NCBI RefSeq assembly: GCF_009914755.1
Contig: NC_060937.1
DNA from: the human T2T-CHM13v2.0 reference genome, Homo sapiens
Direction: 5' to 3' (one strand)
Length of the DNA: 64,000 nt
The notes below the pieces were generated by a model. It made no database searches, had not been told where the DNA came from, and worked only from the letters and a program-made list of their open reading frames with translations. This document shows positions 12,830-25,900 of the stretch, in pieces. Position numbers and translations under genes: made by a program. Each line of letters starts with the position of its first letter. Within the stretch, counting starts at the first letter, position 1.

Positions 12830-14460
12830 AGCACGGCGATGCTGAATGCCCGTGGACGGCTGGGTGCGCGCCGTTAGCTGGCGCGGTGACATCTGCTTAG
12901 AGTTTTCAAGCATTTCAGCATCGCTAGGAGCCCTACAGCCTGACGGTCCGGGACAGCCCGGCTTCCTCCACCCGAGGGGGAAAACAACCCCAGGAAAACA
13001 ACTTAAACTCGGCCTTGGACTGTCCATCAAGGGAAGCCAAACGAGGCGCTGCTCTCCAGACCTCCAGGAGCAAAGGAGGAAGATCAATTATTCCAAAAGT
13101 TTCTCACAAATTTCCCGAGCTCCCCACAACTTTTTGAAGAATCCTGAAAGAATCCTAGGGGGCTGGGAGCCGCACACGTGCCGGGGCTCGGCTTCCCAGC
13201 TCGGCAGTCTCAGCCCGCTGGGCTCGCCCGGCAGCTCCGCTGCGCCGCCGACCCGCCCGTCCCCGCCCCGCGCTGCCCTCGGCCCCTGTGCCTGGCCTCC
13301 GGGGCGCCCGGCCCGCCTTACCCCGCTCTGCCGCGGCGGCGACCCGGGTGCGTTCCTCCGGAGCAGGGCTCCCGGCCGCTCTGAAAAGAATTCCTTTCAC
13401 ACGTGCGGTGCTGCTTCACGCGTGCGCCCCGCGCCAGGGCCCGACCTCCCCGCCCTGATCGCCATCCCTGCAGCCCCAGTGTGCGCTGCGCCCGACGCCC
13501 CCAAGCTGCAGCTCAGGACGCCGCGCCACGCCCCCGCCGCCTCCGAACAGCCCCGCCCCGCGCGCTTCCCAGCACGCACACCTACCGCCCCCGCATCCCT
13601 ACCCTGTACGCGCAGCCACAGCACTCGCCCGCGTCCGCATTCCACACCCTACCCCGCGCGCACGTCCATGCCTAGCGCCTGCATCCCCATCCCGCACCTG
13701 CGCGGGCCCTGGGGATGTGGACGCGGGGGCTCTTCCCTGCCGCCTACGCACTCCGGGGCATGCCCGCGCGGGACGTGAGAGGAGAGCCGAGGGCTGTTGG
13801 GGCGGGCCCGACCCGCTTGCGGGGCGCCCACCGCACGCAGATGCGCCAGCCCGCGCCCCGCTCGCGCCTGTCCTGGGCTTCGCAGGCCCGGCGAGGTAGC
13901 TGCTCTCCGGGCGCTCCCACGGTCGGAGGCGCGTGGGCGTCGGGCACCTAGGTCTCGCCCGCCTGCAGCCGCCTGGGGACGCGGGTTCCGGACGGCTGGC
14001 GCGGGGCGGGGCGGGGACCACCGAGCAGGAAGTCCCCGCGGAAGCGCCGCCGGGCACAGCGTGGGTGCTGTCGAGGAGTGGCGCCCGGGCGGGGCGGGAG
14101 GTTATAAATAGCGGCCGCCATCCTGCTTCTCTTCAGACACACTTAATTTAGCCGGCAGGCACACGGATGCTTATTTTTAAAAAAAGAACTTGTTTTATTG
14201 CGCTCGAGGTGACCGGGAAGGTGTCCCCGCGGGTCACTCGCTCCATCTGGTCCTGGAGACGAGATGCCAGGGCGAGGCCTAACCTGCCTGCTGGCGCCCA
14301 ACGAAGATTTTAACGTTTTCTGTTCCCTTCGGGGTGGTTTTACCACGCTTGAGAGGGACGCCTACCGCGGAAGGCCGCGGACCGAGGGCGGCATCGCGTC
14401 CTTGTCTGCTGTCTGGGCACAGCCTAGAGAGGCCGCGGGTCCCCTCCCCGTCCCCCAAGG
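12830..14460. promoter_or_regulatory. CpG island, probable GJA3 promoter
   Basis: GC/CpG-rich with many GC boxes. Its position ~26 kb downstream of GJB2 fits the known order GJA3-GJB2-GJB6. Confidence 0.85.
13322..13480 (-). other. GJA3: Probable GJA3 (connexin 46) non-coding exon 1; bases 1-13321 would be intron 1
   Basis: Minus-strand donor GGG|GTAAGG (GT at 13321-13320) inside the CpG island. Gene identity comes from known synteny; the coding exon is outside the window and the 5' end is approximate. Confidence 0.72.
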
Positions 14461-15099
14461 TCTGGAGTGGGGTTTGACCAGCCTGGGATATTAACAAATA
14501 TCGGTGGACTGCATTTCGGTGATCATTCCACAAGCTGAAATGGCTTCAAAATCACCTTTATGAGTAATAAGTTTATTCCAGGAATGTGGCAAAATGCAAG
14601 TCTGATAGTTTTCGTGTCTTCATGGAGCAGCTTCCGTCGGCTGCCTTCGTTAGCGTTTAGATCTACTCGGATTAGCAGTTGGCTTGCCCTGAAAAATGCG
14701 TTTGTTCTGCTGAGATCTGAATTTAAAGTTATCCCAAGGAGGAAAAACTAAGCTCCTAAAGGCGCATCTAAAATATCTTCTCCCTTTGGGAACTTTGCGG
14801 TGTATGTATGGAGTAGGTAGTAGTTACGGAGACTTAGTTTTTAATTTTTAATTGAAAAATGCTACCTTTGAAGGTCTTAAAATACTTGAATATTTTTCTC
14901 ATTTAAAACATTTTCTCTGAGAAGCACAGGAATAGTTTTTTTTTTTTTTGTTGATCACAAAAGCACTAGGAATTGTTAATATTTGTAGTCTGTTTGCCAA
15001 ATGCTATTATTGGTATTCTGAGGATAAAAATGGAAATATAATATTGTAATAATTTTAAAATTTTTATTAAAATATAGATTTTAAATTATATTATGTAAT

Positions 15100-15600
15100 T
15101 CGAACAAATATTTTACATATATGTTCATACAAGCATTATTTACTATAGCCAAAAGGTGTCCATCAATGGATGAATGGATAAACAAAATGTATTGCATACC
15201 TACAGTGGAATATTATTCAGCCTTAAAAAGGGAGAGCCCCATCACATGCTACAACGTGGACGAACCTTGAGTACATTATGCTAAATGAAATAAGCCAGTC
15301 ACAAAAGTCACAAATACTGTATGATTCCATTTACATGAGGTACCTACAGCAGTCAAAATCATAGAGACGGAAAGTAGAAGTGTGGTTACCAGCAGCTGGG
15401 GCAGTGGGAAACGGGAAGATAGAGTTTCATAGGTACGGAGTTTTAGTTTGGGAAGATAGAAATAGTTTTGGAAGCAGATGATGGTAATGGTTGCATAACA
15501 ATGTGAATGTACTTAATGCCACAGAACTGTACACATTAAGAAAGGTTAAATGGTAAATTAAAGGTTATGTATATTTTACTACCATAAAACAATTTTTAAA
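15100..15600 (+). mobile_element. L1M (MA/MB-like) 3' end
   Basis: gtccatcaatggatgaatggataaacaaaatg...aatgtgaatgtacttaatgccacagaactgtacac. Confidence 0.85.
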
Positions 15601-16271
15601 GTGGTATTGTGTAAAGACCAGCACAACTAAGAAGCTAGCAGTTTCTTTACACTTGTCATACTGTACAATTTCTAGGTAGACAACTAAGATGTTCATCTTA
15701 TGGTTTAATGTTTAGTTGTAAAGGTTGTTTGCTTCTCATTTGGTTCCAAGAAAGAGTATTTAGGCCAATTTCAGGGAGAAATATGTGTATAGATATATTC
15801 ATATGTCAAACTGATTAGTGCTGAATGTCACATTTCCATATTCTAATAACATTTCTAGCAAAGAAGAGGACACAGTGAAGAGAGAATTGCCCGCATTGTC
15901 ATTGTCTCTTTCTGAGCCTAGAACGCCTAACACTTGGGTGTGGAGAGACTCAGCCTCAATTCACTTTCTAGCAGCCACTGAGATGTGCTTGCCTGGGGTG
16001 CCCCCTGGCAGGCAGGGCTGGAACTGCTTTCCAGTACCCACACGGACTGTGAACGAATCTTTCTTTGTGCTTTGTGTACAGAATGGAAGTTCAACAAATA
16101 TTTGTTGAATGTGTATGTCCTTCCAATACGCAGCAGCCCAGAGCAAACGTGGTAATCTTGTGTGTGTTCATGTGAAAGCAGAATTTAATGGTGCTTTTAA
16201 GCACCAAAGTTTAAGATGCACGAGAAAACTGTATCTCCATTTTTTCCTTTTCGTTTACAATTACTTGTATA

Positions 16272-16585
<314 letters not shown>

Positions 16586-16698
16586 TTACTTGTATAGACC
16601 GTCACTATTCCTTACTTACTATGCTGATTGACAATGTATAGTATTTCAGTTACTCTGCGGGCTATAAATAGCTCTAATAGCACTTAAAAAAATGAATC

Positions 16699-17044
<346 letters not shown>

Positions 17045-17215
17045 TTATTGAACTTCTCCTCATACAAGGCCTTGGGCTGGGTGTTGACGGATGGGAAGGT
17101 TCCACTTTCTCTACTCAGAGAATTCATTGCGCCCAGCTCTGTGCCAATTTTTGTCCACAGGAGGATTTTACAATCTGTTGTTTCTGAATCACAAAGTATT
17201 AATTAACAAACAGTT

Positions 17216-17715
<500 letters not shown>

Positions 17716-18469
17716 TTAATACAACCTGTATCCAACTCTCGTCGGATAATTTATTTAATTCCAGAAAATTGGGTAGTCAGAATGGAGGGTGGCAGAGATA
17801 TCAGTGCAAGTAGTCAGAAGTACAGACTTTCTAGAACTACTAGGCTGAATAGAGGATTACACTGAGATAGGGTTTTCATAGAAATTTTAAGTTGCAAAAA
17901 ATTTCAAACCAGAATGCTAGGATGAGAACATTTATTTAGCAATGTGGTATGCATTATAAAGAATATTTTCTCTTTCTTGCAGAGAGTTAAATCCAGTAAT
18001 TTGAGATTCCATCTCCCGTGGGAGTTTGCTTTGAAAACATAATGACTGTAAGGTAAATAAATCAGAGTTGATTAATCATGTTACGGCAGCATACAATTTC
18101 ATGAATACTTTAAGAATTGCATTATTCTTGCACAAATGATTATATCCAACTGATAGGAGCATTTAGAGCGTATTAACTAAATCCTCTTTGGTGAAAGTTG
18201 TGTGTTGTATCCAGACATTTCAGGTTAATCTGCTGGAAAGTCCCTTTGATGCTGTTCTTCCTTTCTTTTGATGTATGTTTTCTAAGTATCCATAAATCCT
18301 TGCTTGGCTAGTCAGAAGGGCTGGGAAGACCAAACTGGAAAAACTGCCCAGAGAAGGCAGGAGGAGCAGGGTGCTATGGAGAAAGAGTAGCCATGGTGCT
18401 GGGGCTCAGGAACTGTGCATTGACACGAATGAGGACAGCAGGGTGGAGGGTGAGAAAGAGCACTTGAGA

Positions 18470-18780
<311 letters not shown>

Positions 18781-18999
18781 TTAGAAAATTAGATCTCCTC
18801 ATGTGGAAGAGGGTCAGTGTGATTCCTAAAGCAGGTAGGAGAACCACTGATAAACCATAGACAAGCAAGAGTGTCAGAGTCCTTGTCTGCTCAGTTATTG
18901 TCAGTTATCATCAGGTAGAACAAGCCTTGTCCTGGTATTTCACGTACTTCAGAAATAAAGACAGCCTTGGCTGAGAACAGACTTGTTTCTGATAATAAT

Positions 19000-19240
19000 A
19001 ATATAACCCTTCACCACTGCTTGGTGTTTTAACGTTTTCAAAGTGCTTGATCTTATTTGAGCTTCAAAACAAACGTGTGAGGAAGGAAGGGCAGGGATCA
19101 TTTCCCATTTCACAGAGGAATACGTTGAGAGATGGGGAGGTGAAATGGTTTGCAGACATGTGTCACTGCTGGTAAATAGCTTATGGGAGTATGGGCTCTG
19201 ACCTTGCAGGTATCAACCTAGTTCTTTCTGTGTAGCACTG
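19000..19240. mobile_element. MIR
   Basis: cccatttcacagaggaa...ggaggtgaaatggtttgc MIR core. Confidence 0.6.
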
Positions 19241-19671
19241 TGAGACTTCTGAGGTTGACTAGGAAAAGAACTTAGTCATCCATAAATCAGTAAAAGTCGT
19301 GGTAACATCTAGAAAGGGCTAACATCAGTGATGTGAAGTCGTCAGCCTGTGGTTCTGAGGGAATGGGCCACGGTCCTGGAGGATCCCCATGCCTGCGCCC
19401 AGCCCGACTGGGCAAGATGATCCACTCCTCACCACCCCTAGGTACAAGAAGAGCTCCTCGCCTCCTGGTGAGCCTCACAGGGTCTGAGAATTTGCCTTGC
19501 CTGAGGATCTCAAATGACAGAATTTAAATTTGGTGGTGTTCACAAGCTGAAGGAGTTTATTTTCATGAAAATTGGGAGGGAAAAGGTGGTGCTTTATCAT
19601 TTCTTCTGGGGAAGTAATCTTCCGGGGAAGTGTTAACACTATTACCCTCATTTTAAAAATTAAGAAAACAG

Positions 19672-19985
19672 GTAGAGTGTGGTGGTGCATGCCTGTAATC
19701 CCAGCGCTTCGAGAGGTGGAGGCAGGAGGATTGCTTGAGGCCAGGAGTTTGAGACCAGCCTGGACAACAAAGCAAGACCCTGTCTCTACAAAAAATAAAA
19801 AAAGTTAGCTGAAGGCAGTAACATGTGCCATAGCCCCAGCTGCTGGGGAGGCTGAGGTGGGAGGATTGCTTTGAGCCTAGGATTTTGAGGCTGCAGTGAC
19901 CTATGATCCTGCCACTGCACTCCAGCCTAGGTGACAGAGTGAGACCCTGTCTTACAAAAAGAAAATAAACAAAAATTAAAGAAAC
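19672..19985 (+). mobile_element. Alu (AluJ-like)
   Basis: Alu dimer. Confidence 0.93.
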
Positions 19986-21284
19986 CAAGTAGAGAAAGGA
20001 TATGTGACTTATTCAAGAGCGTGGTCTACTTTGGTGGAAGGTGGTCAATGTGTCTCAGGCTGAAGTTGTAAAGTGAGAAGAACAGGAGGGCGACCTGAAC
20101 GATTAAGGCAAAACTTCGAAATGTGCCCCAGCAGAGATTTATTTTTCAGGGGGTGTTTTGCATTCCAGCCCCTCTGCCTTCCTGGCGTTTAGTGCGATTT
20201 GTTTAGCCATGTGCTCCCTGGTGTGTGTTTTTGAATGTGTGTGAGATGGGTTGTCTCTCGGGACCTGGCAGGTGCGGCCACCAGGTCAGGGCTGCCCCCC
20301 AACCCTGTGCCTCCTTCCTCCTAGACTCTGGCCCCCTCAGTGCTGAGGGTGATACAGAGCACTTTTCAAGCTGGATTTGGAATGTGGCCTCTCCCCTCCA
20401 AACTCCTGGAGATCATGCAAAGGCCTTTGGAGCCAGCCAGTCACCTGGAAGGTGACATTCCCACCAGCTGAGGCCTCACCTTCAGCGGGGGCTGGGCAGC
20501 TTTGGAGCCTGGGGCCAGCCAAGCTCACTCTGCCCATATCCCTGCCACGTGTGGCCCAGCGGATGATCACCTGTCTTCATCTGCGTACTGGGCCACATCC
20601 CTCCTGCCGTCCCCCACTTCCCTGATGACACCCACAGCAAGCCCTACCCAAGTGTTCTGTGATCCCCTGTAAATGTGGCCTCCCTAGCTACTTGCTTTTA
20701 TGAAACCAACAATCCTGGGGACACAGTTTTCGGCTGTCTCAAGACGGGGCAACCACTCTTTTCCCCAGGCCTGTGGGTCCCAGGCCTGGAGCTAGGGTTG
20801 GCATTCTTGCCTGAATTCTCCACTCTATCCCAACCCCTGAGGCCGCCTGAGGAGGCTCAGACTGTGTCAGGCTAGGAGGACAGTCAAACCACAAAAACAT
20901 GCCTTTTAAGAAGTATAAGCACAAATCCCTCTTTGATGTTATATAAAAGCTCAGTGTCACTGATTAGGAATCCAGCAGCCCAGGTCCCTGTGTGGACATG
21001 ACGGTGTTGAGGGAAGCGGATTGACCGCTGGCGGTTGTGTCCACAGCGAGGAGGTGGCTCTCCACTGTTGCTGTGCCAGCCACGTTTCCAGGAGTGTGTT
21101 TAGTTTTGGACAGAGTCCAGTGAAAAATCCAATCTATTTAAACAATGGAACATCACCCATTTAAAAGGTGACTGGCCCATTTAAAAGGATACAGAGAGGA
21201 CTGAAAAACCACAAACTATAAAGAGGGGTTGAAGGGAGTGGGAATATTTCCCTAAGAGAAAGGACTCAGAGAAGACCCCTGTCC

Positions 21285-21492
21285 ATTTAATGAGTACTGG
21301 TTACATGCCAGACACTGGGCCAAGACACTTACATATATTAGCTCACTTAATCCTCACAGCAGCCCAGTGAGGGTCATATGAAGAAACGGAGGCTCAGGAA
21401 GGTTAATTAACTTGCCGAAGGCCACACAGCTAGAATGGGGCAGGGTCAGGATGTTAATATGAATCTGCGGCCCCAAGCCCTTGCTCTTAACC
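21285..21492. mobile_element. MIR
   Basis: ttaatcctcacagcagcccagtgagg...gaaacggaggctcaggaaggttaattaacttgccgaaggccacacagctag. Confidence 0.85.
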
Positions 21493-21495
21493 AGC

Positions 21496-21560
21496 TGTGT
21501 GTGTGTGTGTGTAAACACAGTCATATGTGTATGTATGTGTGTGTATATATTTGTGTGTGT
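21496..21560. repeat. Imperfect (TG)n/(TA)n tract
   Basis: Interrupted dinucleotide runs. Confidence 0.85.
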
Positions 21561-22112
21561 CAAAAAGTTTAGGCTGGCTTTGTATGTCCACCAAAAGGAC
21601 AACCATGACCTGTGGGCAGAAGTTCCTGGAGAACAGCTTTTGCTTAAACCCATTACATATACCCAACTAGAGTTGTCAAGAAGTGGCTTCAGGATGTGGT
21701 GGTTTCCAAAGGTAGTGGGTGGGATGTCTGTGGAGTGTGTCTCTGAGAAGGTGGCCAGGAAATGCATCTATGAGGTGATGGGAAGTAACTTCCTGGAAGG
21801 GAAGAAGAGTTCAGATTAAATTAAGGCTGGATGTTAGAAGTGTTAGATAAAACCCTTTGGAGGACCTGGTGGATGCTGGAAATTTGTTAAGCGAGCCATC
21901 CATGTAAAGTGCAGCAGGGAAGGGTGCGTCTTGGAGTCAGCTGGTGGGCGACACTGTGAGGCGACTAGCCCTGCGAACTCTTGGGAGGCTGGGACTGAAG
22001 AAGACTGAGGAGGAACAGATGTGCCCTGGGCTCCCTTCTCCAGCTCCTTAAAATACCTGTGTCCTACAGGGAGGACAGACGGAGAGATGGTGCCACAGAA
22101 CCCAGGAACTGA

Positions 22113-22439
<327 letters not shown>

Positions 22440-22553
22440 ATGGATTACCTTTTTGATTCCTCCTTTGCTCTTTTCTTTCTTGGCTTCTACTGGCTACATT
22501 TTCTTCTCACTTGTCTTTCCTATCCTTTCCTTTTAATTTCACTTTTGCCTAAT

Positions 22554-22878
22554 GCAGTCATAAAGACATTTCTGTCAATGATGAACTGCATATCCAACGG
22601 TGGTACCATAAGATTATAATGCCATATTTTTACCATACCTTTGGTATGTTTAGATATGCAAATTCTTACCATTATGTTACAGTTGCCTTCAGTAATCAGT
22701 ACAGTCACATGCTGTACAGGTTTGTGGCCTCGGAGCGATAGGCTACACCACACAGCTTAGGTGTGCAGTAGGCTATTCCATTGGTTTGTGTGGGTACACC
22801 CTATGATGTTCCCACAATAACAAAATTGGCTAATGACACAATTCTCAGAACGTACCTCTGTCATTAATCGAGTGACTG
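22554..22878. mobile_element. Tigger3/MER7-like TcMar DNA transposon (non-autonomous)
   Basis: Begins cagtca and ends tgactg (inverted termini); internal acagtcacatgctgtacaggtttgtggcct...aggctacacca is typical of Tigger3. Confidence 0.8.
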
Positions 22879-23109
22879 GGTATCATTTCTTCTTTCCCTC
22901 CCCTCAGTCCCCATCGCTGATGGCTCTTCTCCATCAGTAACCAGCCCCCACCACCACAGTGTCCTTTTTACTCTTCCTTCCTCCCCACACTTACCCCTTG
23001 TGATGGGAGGAATGAGCAGAGATGGTGCAGGACCAGCCAGTTCCTGCCAGCAGACTCCCTGCCACCAGCAGCCGTTGCTAGATAAGTAGAATACACCTAT
23101 TTCTTCAGG

Positions 23110-23330
23110 ACAATTGAGAGAAAGTCTGAGTTTCCATCACTGGTCTGCCCTTATTAGCTCTCTGCCTTGGGGTAAGTGGCTTGCCCACACTGCCCCCGTT
23201 TCATGAGCTTATGTACATGGAGATTACGTAGGATTGTTACGAAGATGAATCAACATGACCCAGTGTATGAAGTAGCCTAAACCAGTGCTGGTGCATAGTT
23301 GGTGCTCAAAAAATGGCACCCGTTATTATT
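23110..23330. mobile_element. MIR
   Basis: gccttggggtaagtggcttgcc...ggattgttacgaagatgaat...cagtgctggtgcatagttggtgctcaaaaaatg. Confidence 0.7.
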
Positions 23331-24129
23331 ACTTAGAAACTTGTATAGCAGTTTGCCATTGCTGTGACATTTATATTGTAATTTACACAGGTTTTGATCC
23401 TCAAGAGATTAGGGAAAAAATCTTTCACTACTAATGTCATTATTTCCCCTTCTTTGCAAAAGCTACTTACTACGAATAGAAACATTTACATAACGAGTGA
23501 ATTTCTCAAATGGTGCAAGAATCAACCGCAAAATAGGCCTCCTCTTTTGAGTTTGGGAGAGAATAAACAAACAGAAATGAAACAACCTGGTTCCTATGAA
23601 GCCTCTTCTTGCTTCTTTTTGCCTCCCTGCGGGCCCCTTTGTCAGCACAGGGCAGGTGCTGAAGAACTTGTGCTCATCTGGCCCAAGCGCCTCCTCCATG
23701 TTTTCATCCTTGACAAGCCCAGACCAGGAACTCAGTGTCCCCTCACAAGAGGACAAATTTAATTTCCTGCTTATCCAAGATTTGTTTTATTTGATATGTA
23801 GGGACAATGTGTTTATAAATGGTTAGCAGCTATTAAGAGTGTAGAAATGTGTCATTTTCTTAACAGATAAGATCACCAACCCTCTTGAAAAAAAGTTGAC
23901 ATCACTTTCTAATATGGCCCCTGTGTAATGTCCCCAAGGCACTGTGTGATGCCACAAAAGCAAAATAAAATATTTGAAGTGTGTAGATTTCAGTTTACAA
24001 AGGCCAGGCCTATTGTTTGCCAAGGAAAAGAAAGCAGGAACCACTGGGTTCTCCGACAGTACTTACTTGGCTTTCTTCCTCTAAAAGAATGAGGCATTAC
24101 TAATCCTTTTATTTCTACCAGAGAGCACA

Positions 24130-24960
24130 GAGCAGCTGAGTGATAGATGTTATCTAGCTTAAATATGCACTGGGTAAGCATCTGAGTGCAGGTAGCACTG
24201 TTCTAGGAATTATGGGGCTCCTGGGAAAGCGTAATGTGTTTAGTAGCTTATAATCCATCAATATGAGTTGATGTTGATAAGTTCATTAATATGATTGATG
24301 AACTTATAATTCATCAACCCATCAAATGGCTGACAAGCACATGAACTATGCCAAAGGCGCTGGGGTGTGATGGTGAGCTGAGTTGGGGGTCTATTCTCTC
24401 TCAACTTACAATCAACAAGATGAGCATTAAACAGGTAAATGCACAAGAAAACATGTACTGTGTTTCACTGCATCTAAAGTACGGTTGATCATAAGACATA
24501 TCACCATGTATGTACCACTGAAGTAAAAGCCTGACTGTCATTGTTGGATGTCGCCAATTGTAAAGCACGGCTCTCTATTTCACAGGTGTTAGAATGGGAA
24601 AGAATTGTGTGTCTTAGAATCTGTGTGTGTAAGAATTAACTTATAAGTAAATTAATTACTAATCACGGTGAGTTCTTTATAGAAAAGATGTTACAAGAAA
24701 GCCCAACAGAGAGCCCTGCTTTAGGATGAGTGACATTTCAGCTGAGGCTTGAAGGGTAAGGACAGGGGAGAAGAGTTGGTGGGATGCTGTCTCCAATGGG
24801 TGGTGCAGGAGATAGGTGAACAGTGGCGCAGGGGAGGGAGATCAATATGGTGGGGATAGTCAGGGAAATATTGGAGGTGGGAATTGAGCTGCATTTTGAA
24901 TGATTTGAGGTGGAAAAGGAAGGCCCAAACAAGGGACATAACACTAGCTAAGGCCAAAAG
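24130..24960. mobile_element. L2 fragments
   Basis: gcactgttctagg, gtgacatttcagctgaggcttgaagg and similar L2 motifs. Confidence 0.55.
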
Positions 24961-24974
24961 CAAAAGATAATGGG

Positions 24975-25900
24975 TGAAAAATCCATTTTATAATTCAAGT
25001 GGAATCCCAAGAGACTCCAAATAGCCAAAACACTCTTGAAAAGGAGGAACAAAATTAAAGACTCACTCTTCCTGATTTCAAAACATACTACAAAGTGATA
25101 GTAATCAACACAGTTTAGTACTGGCATAAAGACAGACATATAGACCAATGGAATACAACACAGAGGCCAGAAATAAACACTTACATGTATGGTCATCTTC
25201 CACAAGGGTGCCAAGACCATTCAATGAGGAAAGGACAGTTTTTCAGCATATAGTGGGGAAAGCTGGATATCCACATGCAAAACAATCAAGTTGGACCCTA
25301 ATCTTCCACCATATACAAAAATAAACTCAAAATGAGTAAAAAACCTCAATGTTAGACCCAAAATAATTCAACTTGTGGAAGAAAACAAAGGGCAAAACTT
25401 CACAAACTTGGATTTGGCAAATGATTTCCTGGTTATGGCACCAAAGCCACAGGCAATAAAAGAAAAAATAGACAAATGGATTTTATGAAAATCAAAAACT
25501 TTTATGCTTCAAAGGACACTAAAGAGAGTGAGAAAGCAATCCACAGAATGGGAGAAAATATTTGCAAATCACATATCTGATAAGGAATTAATATCTGGAA
25601 TATATAGCGAACTGCTAAAACTGAACAATAACAGTATCAACAGAAAACAAGCTGATTCAAAAGTGGGCAAAAGACTTCAGTAGACATTTCTCCAAAGATA
25701 GACAAATGACTCATAGGCACATGAAGAAATGCCCAATATCACTAATCCTTTGGGAAATGCAAATCAAAACCGCTATGACAGCCCACCTCACACCCGTCAA
25801 GATGGCTATTATCAAATAAACCAAAAATAACAAGTGCTGATGAGGATGTAGAGAAACTGGAGGCTTTGTGTACTGTTAGTGGAAATGTAAAATGGTATAG
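24975..25900 (+). mobile_element. L1M ORF2 fragment
   Basis: gtactggcataaagacagacatatagaccaatggaatac and gaatgggagaaaatatttgcaaatcacatatctgataagg are L1 ORF2 hallmarks. Confidence 0.92.

Noticed and set aside
12846-13778. 310-aa + strand ORF
   Set aside because: Low-complexity Pro/Ala/Arg-rich product of a stop-poor CpG island, antisense to the probable GJA3 exon 1, with no recognisable domain.
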